Assembly: GCA_031414955.1 (NCBI GenBank)
Contig: JANOQV010000251.1
Span: 1 to 24,750, forward strand
Source: Pedosphaera sp.
GTDB lineage: Bacteria; Verrucomicrobiota; Verrucomicrobiia; Limisphaerales; SIBH01
DNA: 24,750 nucleotides
Direction of reading: 5' to 3'
The translations under genes and the position numbers were made by a program. How positions within the stretch are numbered: position 1 is the first letter of the stretch; each line of letters begins with the position of its first letter. Shown here in pieces: positions 10,501 through 18,850 of this stretch. The notes below the pieces were generated by a model. That model was not told where the DNA came from. It did not search any database and worked only from the letters and a program-made list of their open reading frames with translations.

Positions 10501-10650
10501 ATCGACGCTCTGAAACACGCCCGGCGACTGCGCGCGCAACTCGAGACCGCTCCACTCCAGGAAGCAGCAACCAGCGAGGAAAACGAGCCGCGTCATCCAC
10601 CCGCGCCGCCAGACAGGAAGCCATTCCAAATTTGTTCGCCACCAGTTCAT
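7537..10650 (-). CDS. large secreted protein with an N-terminal beta-sandwich domain and multiple carboxypeptidase-regulatory-like (transthyretin-fold) repeats
   Basis: Uninterrupted ORF of over 1000 codons with a signal-like segment ending ELRA|Q. Repeated G-R-V-V-D/N-x-x-G-x-P/A...TD-x-x-G-x-F/Y units. Start is uncertain (GTG 10668, ATG 10650 or ATG 10596). Confidence 0.85.
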   Translation of the reverse strand: MNWWRTNLEWLPVWRRGWMTRLVFLAGCCFLEWSGLELRAQSPGVFQSVDLSTHFNLSHAPTAAAIFPQGQQTLGGIPFVLGGRIQVTGLDAAHNGEFHPAQVTGVPVGQKAARLHLLHGALHGAKEGVPLANLNLHFKNGESHALRLSFGVHARNVVVTEAEGTAALADGNSTLVWPVGAAVQNDSGARLYHTVLENPLPDAEIATLDFVSLFGRATPVLFAVTLQASGELAPLAAPVRRKVWQRASEFPDTAYRRSLKVRVVEAGAARPVTNAVVLVTVQDDTKAFFFGEHRTDRAGELVVDYPPQAAVSLGLRVNSPGFVVGSRNFSSSEAGAWPESIELPLERGQIIGGRVVDPGGQPIAGVTVTPYEIVRVSSNTVARADVEAGLTGADGRWQTTADRRSLSNLVFEVAHPEYRLVQLSQLNPAELTARTILTTLQPEMRVAGRVVNEAGQALAKATVILDYGATQHVVRYTDEKGHYSFIVRNATNSTAKALAFAKSLAPVMTSAALDTTQPRPDIVLKSGSTYRLKMADARGRPVAGVDVKLTDWQGSRGMSWATKTDSEGRFRWDHAPEGRLTFEYSKTGYSRYTHTVTLPMPNELNYTYSQPTRVAGRVIDAVSKKAVDQIRVSVRYSYKNGSGSTSTTGRNGTFSSILGSTAYEEITLLLEAKGYEPLSEKLPPFEGSYSNVFELRRAQLIPVAVSAPDGSPAAGAEVILLGRTASGYMDAPGKFRSSATVYEISTTDAQGRAELTPKLEADLVLATHPQSGYAEVPLTQVTNTGRIALKPWGQIKGVLRVGDKVEPFHSIALRTIFINRDPGTPRTLAPLYVYRDVKPNADGSFVLDSVPPGTRSVSLHYKFADQNIGNTKLSHTVVVAVEPGRTNDVIIGGTGRTVLGQVDLTGISPGSVDWRRDAHKLVRQPSSRIPPPMRFPPNATAQERVRLLAERNAQLQAMNQAQVRENLIERTYVLLFEDDGSFRIPNVPPGAYHLNIHPTDARTPNSSRQIGTSNQEVIVGAGPGPLDVGKVQLRWNQ

Positions 10651-10865
10651 TCGAGGAAGGCCGAACACTAGGCAGCGGTGGGGCGTGAGACAAGGATGGG
10701 TTTAGGCCGCAAAGCCTGACCCCGCCTCGAAGGAGTATCACCAAATATTCGCGGCGAACGCGCCGGCGCGCGGTCCGGGATTTTGGTCCACCACCTCTTG
10801 AACGAAAAATCGAGCGACCGGTCTATGGTTCTGGTCGGGATGAGACCGTGGCAGATCGACCCAAT

Positions 10866-11288
10866 ATGCAAACACGCTGGCTGGCCCTGATGGGATTCAT
10901 CGCGCTCACACTCGCACTGCGAGCGGCGGAACAGCCGTCGTCGTTGGAGGTCAAAGTGTCCAGAGCACCACTGGACTGGAACGATCCAAAGTGGTGGGAG
11001 ATTCAAAGTCGGAGGACAGGCGGCATTTCTCTGGGGAAGAGTGATTACACCCTGCGCGGGCCATTGGTGGCGACGTTTCGCCGACCGGCTCGTCCGACCG
11101 GTGAGCGGCCTTGGCCGTGGAAAGTGCTCGATCTGCCCGTGGTCAATCTGCTCGTGCCGCAAAGTATGCCGACGGTTGGAGGTGGTCCGAGCAAGTATCT
11201 GGCCTGGGGCGAGAGCGACGCGCCCTGGTCGGCGGTGTCCACCCGATCGCGCGGCGGCGAGGCCGGCTTGCTGGGCGTCAGTTGGTGA
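10866..11288 (+). CDS. hypothetical secreted protein (140 aa)
   Basis: ATG at 10866 followed by a clear Sec signal (MQTRWLALMGFIALTLALRA|A). Fits the gap between two minus-strand genes and ends ...GLLGVSW. Confidence 0.7.
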   Translation: MQTRWLALMGFIALTLALRAAEQPSSLEVKVSRAPLDWNDPKWWEIQSRRTGGISLGKSDYTLRGPLVATFRRPARPTGERPWPWKVLDLPVVNLLVPQSMPTVGGGPSKYLAWGESDAPWSAVSTRSRGGEAGLLGVSW

Positions 11289-11357
11289 GCGGCGGATTCG
11301 CGGTTGCAGTTGGTTCCGAGCATCTTGCTCCATCCGCCCGGACCGTCCCTCGTACCG

Positions 11358-12218
11358 TCAATCCTCCGAGGGCGATGCGCTGGAGGCCAGCAACTCGATT
11401 CCGGGATGCAGGAAGCGGATGCGCCGGCTCTTGTAGAGTGCGCCGAGCGTTTGCTTGAAGGCTTTCTTGCTCACACCAAAGGCGGCGCGAATTCTCTCGG
11501 GCGAACTCTCATCATCGAAGTCCAGGCGTCCGCCGTTATGTTCCAGCGCCTGCACGATTTGAAGTCGCAGCGGGGCCACGCGCTGGTAGCCCGACGAGTC
11601 GAGGCTCACGTCGATTTTTCCACCGGGACGCACCAGGCGCACGAACCCCTTCAACCTCTGCCCAACGGCCACGGGCACGGAAACCTGATCGCGATAGAGC
11701 AGGCCCTCGTGGGCGTTGGCCACGATGACCGGGTAGCCCAACGGAGTCTGGCCAATCACGAGCAACTCCACCGGCTGACCGGGCGCATACGTCGGCGTGT
11801 CGCGGCTGTAATGTCGGCGCAACCGGGCGCTGGCCACGAGGCGGTTGGTTTTCGAATCGAGATACACGGCGACCACGACCTGCTGGCCGACGCGCACCGG
11901 GCCAAGATGCTCACGAAAGGGCAGCAGCAAATCCTTGGCGAGTCCCCAGTCGAGGAAAGCTCCGATGTGCTGATTCACGCTCAGGACCTTCAGGCTGGCG
12001 AATTCACCCACCATGACCAGCGGCGTCTCGGTCGTGGCCACGAGTCGGTCGCTGGAATCGAGATAGATGAAGACATCCAGTTTGTCGCCCTGCTGGAGAT
12101 CGCGCGGAATGTAACGGCCCGGGAGCAGGATTTCGCCCAGTTCGCCGCCATCAAGGTACAGGCCGGGCGCGGATTCGCGCACGATGGAAAGTGTGTTACG
12201 TCTGCCGATGGTTGCCAT
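11358..12218 (-). CDS. cvfB: CvfB/YitL-family S1-domain RNA-binding protein
   Basis: GLYLDGG...EILLP, VFIYLDSSDRLVATT, GAFLDWGLAKDLLLP, GKIDVSL and a C-terminal winged helix SPERIRAAFGVSKKAFKQTLGALYK. Confidence 0.9.
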   Translation of the reverse strand: MATIGRRNTLSIVRESAPGLYLDGGELGEILLPGRYIPRDLQQGDKLDVFIYLDSSDRLVATTETPLVMVGEFASLKVLSVNQHIGAFLDWGLAKDLLLPFREHLGPVRVGQQVVVAVYLDSKTNRLVASARLRRHYSRDTPTYAPGQPVELLVIGQTPLGYPVIVANAHEGLLYRDQVSVPVAVGQRLKGFVRLVRPGGKIDVSLDSSGYQRVAPLRLQIVQALEHNGGRLDFDDESSPERIRAAFGVSKKAFKQTLGALYKSRRIRFLHPGIELLASSASPSED

Positions 12219-12263
12219 GCGCCAATTTTCTCCGTGCGGCCGGCTTGCTCCCGGCCCCGCGCG

Positions 12264-13529
12264 TTACTTCAACTTCAACGCGCAAAACTCATCGAACGCG
12301 CCGCCGAAAAGCTTCTTCACGTCGCGTTGGATTTCCTCGCGGCTCGCCACCCAGCCCGTCGCGGCCAGATCGCCATATTTCTCGACCAGCACCCGGCTGA
12401 TGACCTGGCGGGAGTGCTGCCACTTGTAGATGAGTTGGTCGAGCACGCGGGCATCCGAGTGCTGCGGAGTGAAGCTCAGGCCGAGCAGTTCCAGGCGCAT
12501 CCGCGTCATCTCGTCGATCAGGCTCGGGTTGTTCAAGAACCACCAGCAGCCAAAGATGTGCAGGTTGCGGAACTTTCGCGCCAGCACGCACAGCTCGTGC
12601 TGGTTCTCGCGCGCCAGCACGGTGGTGATGAACTTGGTGTCCGGGAATTGTGCGCACAAGTTTTGCAAGGCCCCCAGATCGCTCCGGCCCACGCCATCGC
12701 CCGCCAGACGGAGTTCGGGATTCACCTGGCGCTGCACCCCCGGCATGAGCGCGAAAGGAATGTCAAACTCGCGGCAGTGCGGCACGATGGCCTTCTCGAT
12801 CAGTTGGGCGCAGTCGGTATGGGCGGGGAATTGAAAGTCCGGGCTGAGCGACACCATGACGAAGCGTGGATTCATGCGCTCCGTCCAGGTGCGCAGGAAG
12901 CGGCGCACCTCGCTGATCGTGTGCGCGGTCAGATCTTCGCTCACGTTGTAACCCCAACGAGAGAGTTGGCCGCAGGTCGAGGGCCAGGACACCAGCAACG
13001 GATCAATGCGCAGCCCGGCCGTGAACCGCGCGTCGCGGGCAAAGCCCTCATCCCAGACCGGACGCTCCTCGTCGTCAAAGGGCGAGTTGGTCATGCAGAC
13101 CGTGCGGACATTGGCCAGTTCCAGGCAGTGCGTGAGGTAGTCGTTCGTCTTCCACTCCGCAAACCAGGAGCGGATGAGGTTCAAGTCACGCTTGCGTGCA
13201 TCCAGACCCAGCGCCTGCAGCGTGGTCAGCACGCCCCGGCATGACTCCGAGATGGGAGAGTTCCGGATGAACAGCTCCTCCCAAATCAACTCCGCCTGAC
13301 GCGCCTTGGGCAGCGCCCAAAATTTCTCGAAAGGCAGCTCGAAGTAACGGAACGATTCCGAGACGAGATAGTGATAGGTGAGCAACTCATCGATGCCCCA
13401 GAGCAACAGCTTGCCGAAGGCCGGATCATAAAGGTGCGTGTGGATGTCCGAAACGGGCGTGCTCGCCACGGCCTCCTCCACGGCCGCCGCCACCTGATCC
13501 CGGGCCAGCTCTGTTGCGATACGATTCAT
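12264..13529 (-). CDS. uxaC: glucuronate (uronate) isomerase, B. halodurans-type, amidohydrolase fold
   Basis: DIHTHL metal motif, WGIDELLTYHYL, MTNSPFD, FGCWWFLNNP and QHSDARVLDQLIYKW. ATG at 13529 preferred over the 13682 extension. Confidence 0.9.
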   Translation of the reverse strand: MNRIATELARDQVAAAVEEAVASTPVSDIHTHLYDPAFGKLLLWGIDELLTYHYLVSESFRYFELPFEKFWALPKARQAELIWEELFIRNSPISESCRGVLTTLQALGLDARKRDLNLIRSWFAEWKTNDYLTHCLELANVRTVCMTNSPFDDEERPVWDEGFARDARFTAGLRIDPLLVSWPSTCGQLSRWGYNVSEDLTAHTISEVRRFLRTWTERMNPRFVMVSLSPDFQFPAHTDCAQLIEKAIVPHCREFDIPFALMPGVQRQVNPELRLAGDGVGRSDLGALQNLCAQFPDTKFITTVLARENQHELCVLARKFRNLHIFGCWWFLNNPSLIDEMTRMRLELLGLSFTPQHSDARVLDQLIYKWQHSRQVISRVLVEKYGDLAATGWVASREEIQRDVKKLFGGAFDEFCALKLK

Positions 13530-13935
13530 TGAATGCGTGAAATTAGAGAAGTGCTGTCCGCGACGCGATGCCTTTGTGAGGTTTGTCGTCACGGGATAAA
13601 CAGTTCCAACTTTGGAATCGGACGGCCGAGCCCGCCCGCGCACCAGGCAGCCCGTCCGGCCTGTGCCCGTGGTCAGGCGCAAGGTGGCGCACCGAGGCTA
13701 CGGTTCAGATCGTCACGCACTCTTCGCCTGCGTGGCGATTGGCTATTCCGAAGCGGAACGCGTCTCTCAGGCTCCCTGAAAAGCGTTGCACTGTCGGAGA
13801 AATGATCTTCGCCCGTTCTGGATTCCGAGTTACGCACTGCGCTGGGCGCGTTCCGGATGGACCGTGCCGAATCATTCATATTTTCCGCGTTTGACGCCAC
13901 GCCCCCGCTGCGTTGTATTCGGGGCGAACAAGCCT

Positions 13936-14832
13936 ATGAATACTCGCATCACCCGTCGCTCGGCCCTTTCTTGTCTGACCACCTCCGCTGCTGCGGGCCT
14001 CGCGGCGTCGGCCCTCGCGCATCGCCTGCTGTCAGCCGAGGCAGCAGCTCCAGGCGTCAAGGGCCGGATCAACCACTCGGTGTGCAAGTGGTGCTACGAT
14101 AAAATCCCGCTCGAAGATTTGTGCCGGGCGGGCAAGGAGTTCGGCCTGCGCTCGGTGGAGCTGTTGAACCCGCCCGACTTCGCCACGCTCAAGAAGCACG
14201 GCTTGACCTGCGCCATGGTCAGCAATCCCGTCATCGACAAACTCGGCGGCATCGAGCGCGCGTGGAACCGCGTGGAGCATCACGACAAGCTGGTGACCGC
14301 CTACGAGCAACGCATCAAGGAAGTGGCGGAGGCGGGGTTCACCAATCTGATTTGCTTCTCCGGCAATCGCGCTGGCCTTGATGATCAAAAGGGCGTCGAG
14401 AATTGCGCGCTGGGTCTCAAGCGCATCATGGCCGCGGCCGAGAAGGCCAAGGTCACCATCGTGATGGAATTGCTCAACAGCCGGGTGAACCACAAGGATT
14501 ACCAATGCGATCACACGGAGTGGGGCGTCGAGTTATGCAAAGCCATCGGCTCGGAGCGGTTCAAACTGCTCTACGACATTTATCACATGCAGATCATGGA
14601 AGGAGATTTGATCGTGCGCATAAAGAAGTTCAGCCCGTACATCGCCCATTACCACACGGGCGGAGTGCCGGGTCGCAACGAGATCGACGACACGCAGGAG
14701 ATCAATTACCCGGCGGTGATGAGGGCGATCGTGGACACGGGTTACAAGGGATTCGTGGCCCAGGAATTCATTCCCAAGCGCGAAGACAAGATCGCGTCGC
14801 TCCGGCAAGGGGTGGGGATTTGCGATGTGTGA
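13936..14832 (+). CDS. hydroxypyruvate-isomerase-like TIM-barrel protein with twin-arginine signal peptide
   Basis: MNTRITRRSAL Tat motif from ATG at 13936, then HSVCKWC, ICFSGNR, MELLNS, LLYDIYHMQIMEGD, HYHTGGVPGRNE and QEFIP. Confidence 0.9.
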   Translation: MNTRITRRSALSCLTTSAAAGLAASALAHRLLSAEAAAPGVKGRINHSVCKWCYDKIPLEDLCRAGKEFGLRSVELLNPPDFATLKKHGLTCAMVSNPVIDKLGGIERAWNRVEHHDKLVTAYEQRIKEVAEAGFTNLICFSGNRAGLDDQKGVENCALGLKRIMAAAEKAKVTIVMELLNSRVNHKDYQCDHTEWGVELCKAIGSERFKLLYDIYHMQIMEGDLIVRIKKFSPYIAHYHTGGVPGRNEIDDTQEINYPAVMRAIVDTGYKGFVAQEFIPKREDKIASLRQGVGICDV

Positions 14833-14990
14833 AACCTGGGCCAACGCCCGGCAGGTGAGCGAGGAGGTTTTCTTCGGGGGTCGTGAACGCCTGTGATGGG
14901 CATGAAGCGCGCCTGGCCCGCAACCGAATGGCGCGGCAGGTGGGGCCTGAACTCGACCCGCAGCGCCGCTGGACCGGTAGCAGCCGGGAA

Positions 14991-15410
14991 CTACAGCACC
15001 AGCGGGTCGGCCTGAAACCGTTCGGTCATCTCGGCAAAGGCTTTCTGCGCATCCAACCAGCGGGCGTCGCTGGTGATCTGATCCATGGACGCCTGGGTGT
15101 TGTTGCACATGAGATAGAGTTCGTCGCCCGCGCAGACGAAGGCTTCGAAGTGGGTGCCGACCGCGTGCCGGGAGAAATCAAAATGGCCCGGGCTGTGACG
15201 AGTGGTGAGCAGATCCGCCCGCAGTGAGCCGAGGTCGTGGACGAAGTTTTTTAGGAAATGTTCCTGGCGGGGTCCTTGGTAGGAAATCATGCGCTCCTGG
15301 CCACGCTGAAGGCAGATGATGGCCCACTCATCGAAGACCAGCTTGCCGTATTTGGCATCCATGCTGGCGGCGCAGTGTTTGAGCAGTTCGAGTGCTTGCG
15401 AAAGTGTCAT
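14991..15410 (-). CDS. hypothetical protein (139 aa)
   Basis: ATG at 15410. Protein-like composition with alternating amphipathic helices and strands (VFDEWAII, FEAFVCA, LYLMCNN). No competing credible ORF. Confidence 0.75.
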   Translation of the reverse strand: MTLSQALELLKHCAASMDAKYGKLVFDEWAIICLQRGQERMISYQGPRQEHFLKNFVHDLGSLRADLLTTRHSPGHFDFSRHAVGTHFEAFVCAGDELYLMCNNTQASMDQITSDARWLDAQKAFAEMTERFQADPLVL

Positions 15411-15680
15411 AGAAATTCCCGAGTTAGCGGCGGCGAGAAAACCAATTTTGACCGGGCTGAACAAGGCAATACTGCGCACTCTGGAGCCGACGGCTAAAAG
15501 AATGGACCCCGCCGGAGGGTCAATCACGGCGAGAACGAGGCACGAACCCTGGTTCTGCTTCCTGGCCGCAGCTTCAGCGCGCAGCGAAGCCCGACTCCCC
15601 AGCGCGCGGCCAAAGGGATTTGCCCGCGACACAAATTTGCCCGTTGCATTTCCCAGCGCGCAGGCGAAGGTGCGCGCGAC

Positions 15681-15878
15681 GTGTTTCCGACAGATCCGAA
15701 CCTCATCCCGATTTTCTGGGGCTTAATCGCAGCGAGTGGCATTTCCGGCTTGGTGCTCGCGGCCAGCCTGACTTTGTTGCTTGGCTCCCAGCGGCCGGGG
15801 GTGCTGCGCACGATCTGGGTTGCCAGTTCCATCCTGATCGCGTCGGTGACCGCCTTGATCATGATTCTGTCAAGCTAG
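15681..15878 (+). CDS. putative small membrane protein with two TM helices (65 aa)
   Basis: Two long hydrophobic stretches separated by a basic loop (SQRPGVLR). GTG start. Located in an otherwise empty gap. Confidence 0.55.
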   Translation: MFPTDPNLIPIFWGLIAASGISGLVLAASLTLLLGSQRPGVLRTIWVASSILIASVTALIMILSS

Positions 15879-16031
15879 ACCGCTTTCCCATCAGCCTGCG
15901 GCGGGGCAGGGGACAAAGTCGCTTCCGCTCAGAAGAAATCGCAGACGCTTGTCGGCCGCCGCCGGAAGTTCGGAAAACGAGCAGGGGAGGAGAACTGGGA
16001 AAAGCAATGAGGCCAGCCCGCAAGCCAGGCC

Positions 16032-17432
16032 TCAGCCTTTCAGCTTGGCAAACATGGCCAGAGCCTTAGGGCGTTGCACCTCATGCAGAACTATTCGGGG
16101 CGAGTAATCGCCTGACAATAAAGGCTCCTGCCACGGCTCGTGGATGAATTCGTCCGGCATCTGCGCGAGTTCGGGAATCCAGCGGCGCACAAACAACCCC
16201 TGAGGATCACACTTTCCAGCCTGCGTAGTGGGGTTGAAGATGCGGAAATATGGCGCGGCGTCCGTGCCGGTGCCGGCGCTCCATTGCCAGCCGCCGTTGT
16301 TCGCCGCCATGTCACCATCCACGAGTTGTTTCATGAAATATCGCTCGCCCCATTGCCAATGGATCAACAAGTCCTTGGTCAGAAACATGGCCACGATCAT
16401 CCGGAGCCGGTTGTGCATCCAACCGGTGGCGTTGAGGCATCGCATCGCCGCGTCGACGATGGGGTAGCCGGTGCGGCCGGTGCACCAGGCTTGGAAGTGG
16501 TGTTCGTTGTTGCTCCATTCGAGCGCGTCGTACTCAGGACGGAAAGCCCCGCGGGTGACGTGCGGGAAATTGTGCAGCACTTGGAGGTAAAACTCGCGCC
16601 AGATGAGCTCGCTGAGAAAGCACTCGACACTCGCCATGCTAGCTGGGGTCGCACCGAGGCGCGCTTCCGAGAGCCTGGCCAAGACGGTGCGAATGCCAAG
16701 CGTCCCGGCACGCAAATGAGCGGACAGTTGCGAGGAACCGGCGAGGTCAACACGATGGCGCGCTTCGGCGTAAGCAAAAACTTTCTCGGTCATGAAATCA
16801 TCCAGTCCCGCGAGTGCGGCGCGTTCCCCGCCAGGGCAGATCACCTGCCGGCAAGGGTGCCCGCAGGATGCGCTGTCCGGCGGCAGAGCATCCGATGGCA
16901 CCCCCTCGTCAAGTTGAAGCTTGCTGATGTCAGCAGCGGGGCAGGGCCGGGGAATTTTGCGCGACTTCCAGGCTTTCGAATAGGGCGTGAACACCGTGAA
17001 GGGCCGACCAGCCTGGGTGAGGATCTCCTGCTCGTGCCAGACCACGGAATCCTTGAACGACTCGAAGCCAATCCCGATTTCATTCAGGGCATTGAAGATT
17101 CTGCCATCGCGGCGCTGCGCATAAGGTTCATAGCGCGCGTTACAAAACACCGCCTGCGCCTTCAGTTCGCACACCAGTTTCGGCAATTCGGTCTCAGCGC
17201 ATCCAACGCGCACCACCAGCCTCGACCCCAGCGCACCCAGTTTCTCTTGCAGTTCGCGCAACGAACGAAGCAGAAAAGTCAGGCGGGCCGCGCCGACGTC
17301 TGGTCCAGTGCGGAAAGCCTCCTCGAAAATAAAAACCGGGATGACCTGGCCAGCCCGACGGCAACCTTCAAAGAGCGCCGTGTTGTCGTGCAGTCTTAGG
17401 TCACGCCGAAACCAATGGATGACGCGTTTCAA
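16032..17432 (-). CDS. phrB: deoxyribodipyrimidine photolyase (class I CPD photolyase/cryptochrome family)
   Basis: WFRRDLRLHDN, SQLSAHL, ELIWREFY, GRTGYPIVDAAMR, GWMHNRLRM, NNGGWQW and YFRIFNP. TTG start. Confidence 0.95.
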   Translation of the reverse strand: MKRVIHWFRRDLRLHDNTALFEGCRRAGQVIPVFIFEEAFRTGPDVGAARLTFLLRSLRELQEKLGALGSRLVVRVGCAETELPKLVCELKAQAVFCNARYEPYAQRRDGRIFNALNEIGIGFESFKDSVVWHEQEILTQAGRPFTVFTPYSKAWKSRKIPRPCPAADISKLQLDEGVPSDALPPDSASCGHPCRQVICPGGERAALAGLDDFMTEKVFAYAEARHRVDLAGSSQLSAHLRAGTLGIRTVLARLSEARLGATPASMASVECFLSELIWREFYLQVLHNFPHVTRGAFRPEYDALEWSNNEHHFQAWCTGRTGYPIVDAAMRCLNATGWMHNRLRMIVAMFLTKDLLIHWQWGERYFMKQLVDGDMAANNGGWQWSAGTGTDAAPYFRIFNPTTQAGKCDPQGLFVRRWIPELAQMPDEFIHEPWQEPLLSGDYSPRIVLHEVQRPKALAMFAKLKG

Positions 17433-17463
17433 TCAGCAGGGCAGGGTAGGGTACGAGACCAGA

Positions 17464-17739
17464 TCAAGAATTATTGTTCCGAGGAGGATCATACCGCTTG
17501 AGTCCGACTTCCTGCGCAATGTCGTCAAACTCATCGCGCGTTACATTCTCCAGCGACCGGCCTTTGCGTCCCAGTTTCTCATTAATCTTGATCGCCTTTT
17601 CCGTCATTTGTTCATGCGTTTCTTTTGAACCACCGACGAGCGCAAAATTTGAACCAGTGGTCACGCGCTTGTGCCCGTCACCGTCTAAACCGATGCCGAG
17701 CATCAACGCTTTCTGCTTTTGCTGGGAGGGCTTCGCCAT
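17464..17739 (-). CDS. small hypothetical protein (91 aa)
   Basis: ATG start, co-oriented between dnaJ and the photolyase with 43- and 31-nt gaps. Protein-like sequence LGIGLDGDGHKRVT...LVGGSKETHEQM. Confidence 0.85.
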   Translation of the reverse strand: MAKPSQQKQKALMLGIGLDGDGHKRVTTGSNFALVGGSKETHEQMTEKAIKINEKLGRKGRSLENVTRDEFDDIAQEVGLKRYDPPRNNNS

Positions 17740-17782
17740 GTCAGGAGATTTTTAGCGGCTGGAAGACATGCGGCTAGAAACT

Positions 17783-18820
17783 TTAGGTCCTTGGAGCGAA
17801 ACTGGATTCTCGCGCCAGTTGCTCCCACAGTTCTCGTTCGCGCGGTGTCAATTGCTTGGGCACCACCACTCGCAGCACAACTAACAGGTCTCCACGCGGA
17901 CCCACCGCTTGCGCTAATCCATGTCCGCGCACTCGCAACCGCTGCCCATTTTGCGTCCCGGGCGGAACTTTTATACTCACCGGATTCTCAAGTGTCGGAA
18001 CCCGAATCTGTGTGCCGAGGGCTGCTTCCCAAGGCGCGAGTTCAATTTCGTGAAGCAGTTGATTGTCCTCCACGCGAAAATCAGGATGCTTGGCCAACCG
18101 AACGCGGAGAAATAGGTCACCACTGGCACCGCCGCCGATCCCTGCTTCGCCACGGCCCGAAATCCTGAGTCGCTGGCCGTCCATTACGCCGGGTGGAATC
18201 CGCACCTGATGCGTGTCCGTGGCAACGATGCGTTTTTCGCCGTGGCAAGTTTTGCAAGCACCCCGGCCGCGCAAGCCGGTCCCTCCGCATTGAGGGCACC
18301 CGCGGGCATGTTGGACATTGATTGCACGAACCGCTCCTCGCAGTGCTTCTTCAAGAGTGACCATGATGTCCCCCTGAACATCCCGGCCGCGCTCCGCGAA
18401 TTCGTCCTCGGGAGCGGCTCGGAAGCCGCCACCACCGCCTTGCCGCGCCGCCTCGCCAAAGAGCGTCTCAAAAAAATCACTGAAGCCCGTGCCGCCGAAA
18501 TGCGTTTCAAAGTCAGGCCGGCCTGCACCGCCGCCAAACGGCTGACCGGCGCGGTTTTGCCAGCCTGATGGCGGACGGAATTCCGCGCCTTGTTTCCAGT
18601 TTGCACCTAATTGGTCATACTTTTTACGCTTATCCGGATCGCTCAAAACCTCGTAAGCCTCGTTAATCTCTTTGAATTTCTCCTCGGCAGACTTTTTGTC
18701 CTGGGCCACGTCGGGGTGGTACTGCCGTGCGAGTTTGCGAAATGCTTTACGAATGTCATCTTCGCTCGCCCCGCGAGGGACGCCGAGCACTTCATAGTAA
18801 TCTCTAAATTGAACAGCCAT
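17783..18820 (-). CDS. DnaJ-class co-chaperone (CbpA-like) with a partial zinc finger
   Basis: J domain ([25 protein letters not shown]), G/F-rich linker with [21 protein letters not shown] and a DnaJ C-terminal domain. Confidence 0.95.
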   Translation of the reverse strand: MAVQFRDYYEVLGVPRGASEDDIRKAFRKLARQYHPDVAQDKKSAEEKFKEINEAYEVLSDPDKRKKYDQLGANWKQGAEFRPPSGWQNRAGQPFGGGAGRPDFETHFGGTGFSDFFETLFGEAARQGGGGGFRAAPEDEFAERGRDVQGDIMVTLEEALRGAVRAINVQHARGCPQCGGTGLRGRGACKTCHGEKRIVATDTHQVRIPPGVMDGQRLRISGRGEAGIGGGASGDLFLRVRLAKHPDFRVEDNQLLHEIELAPWEAALGTQIRVPTLENPVSIKVPPGTQNGQRLRVRGHGLAQAVGPRGDLLVVLRVVVPKQLTPRERELWEQLARESSFAPRT

Positions 18821-18850
18821 GTGAACTAGAGCGACTAACTACGCGGCCAA

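Noticed and set aside
11304..13244. 646-aa + strand ORF, and similar long ORFs at 3522..4676, 4679..6508, 16140..17399 and 20120..21028
   Set aside because: Each lies antisense to clearly identified genes, has Arg/His/Ala-rich shadow composition and shows no motifs. This is expected in high-GC DNA.
13777..13790. TGAAAAGCGTTGCA as a LacI/cre-like operator
   Set aside because: The central CG is off-centre and the symmetry is imperfect, so it is too weak to call.
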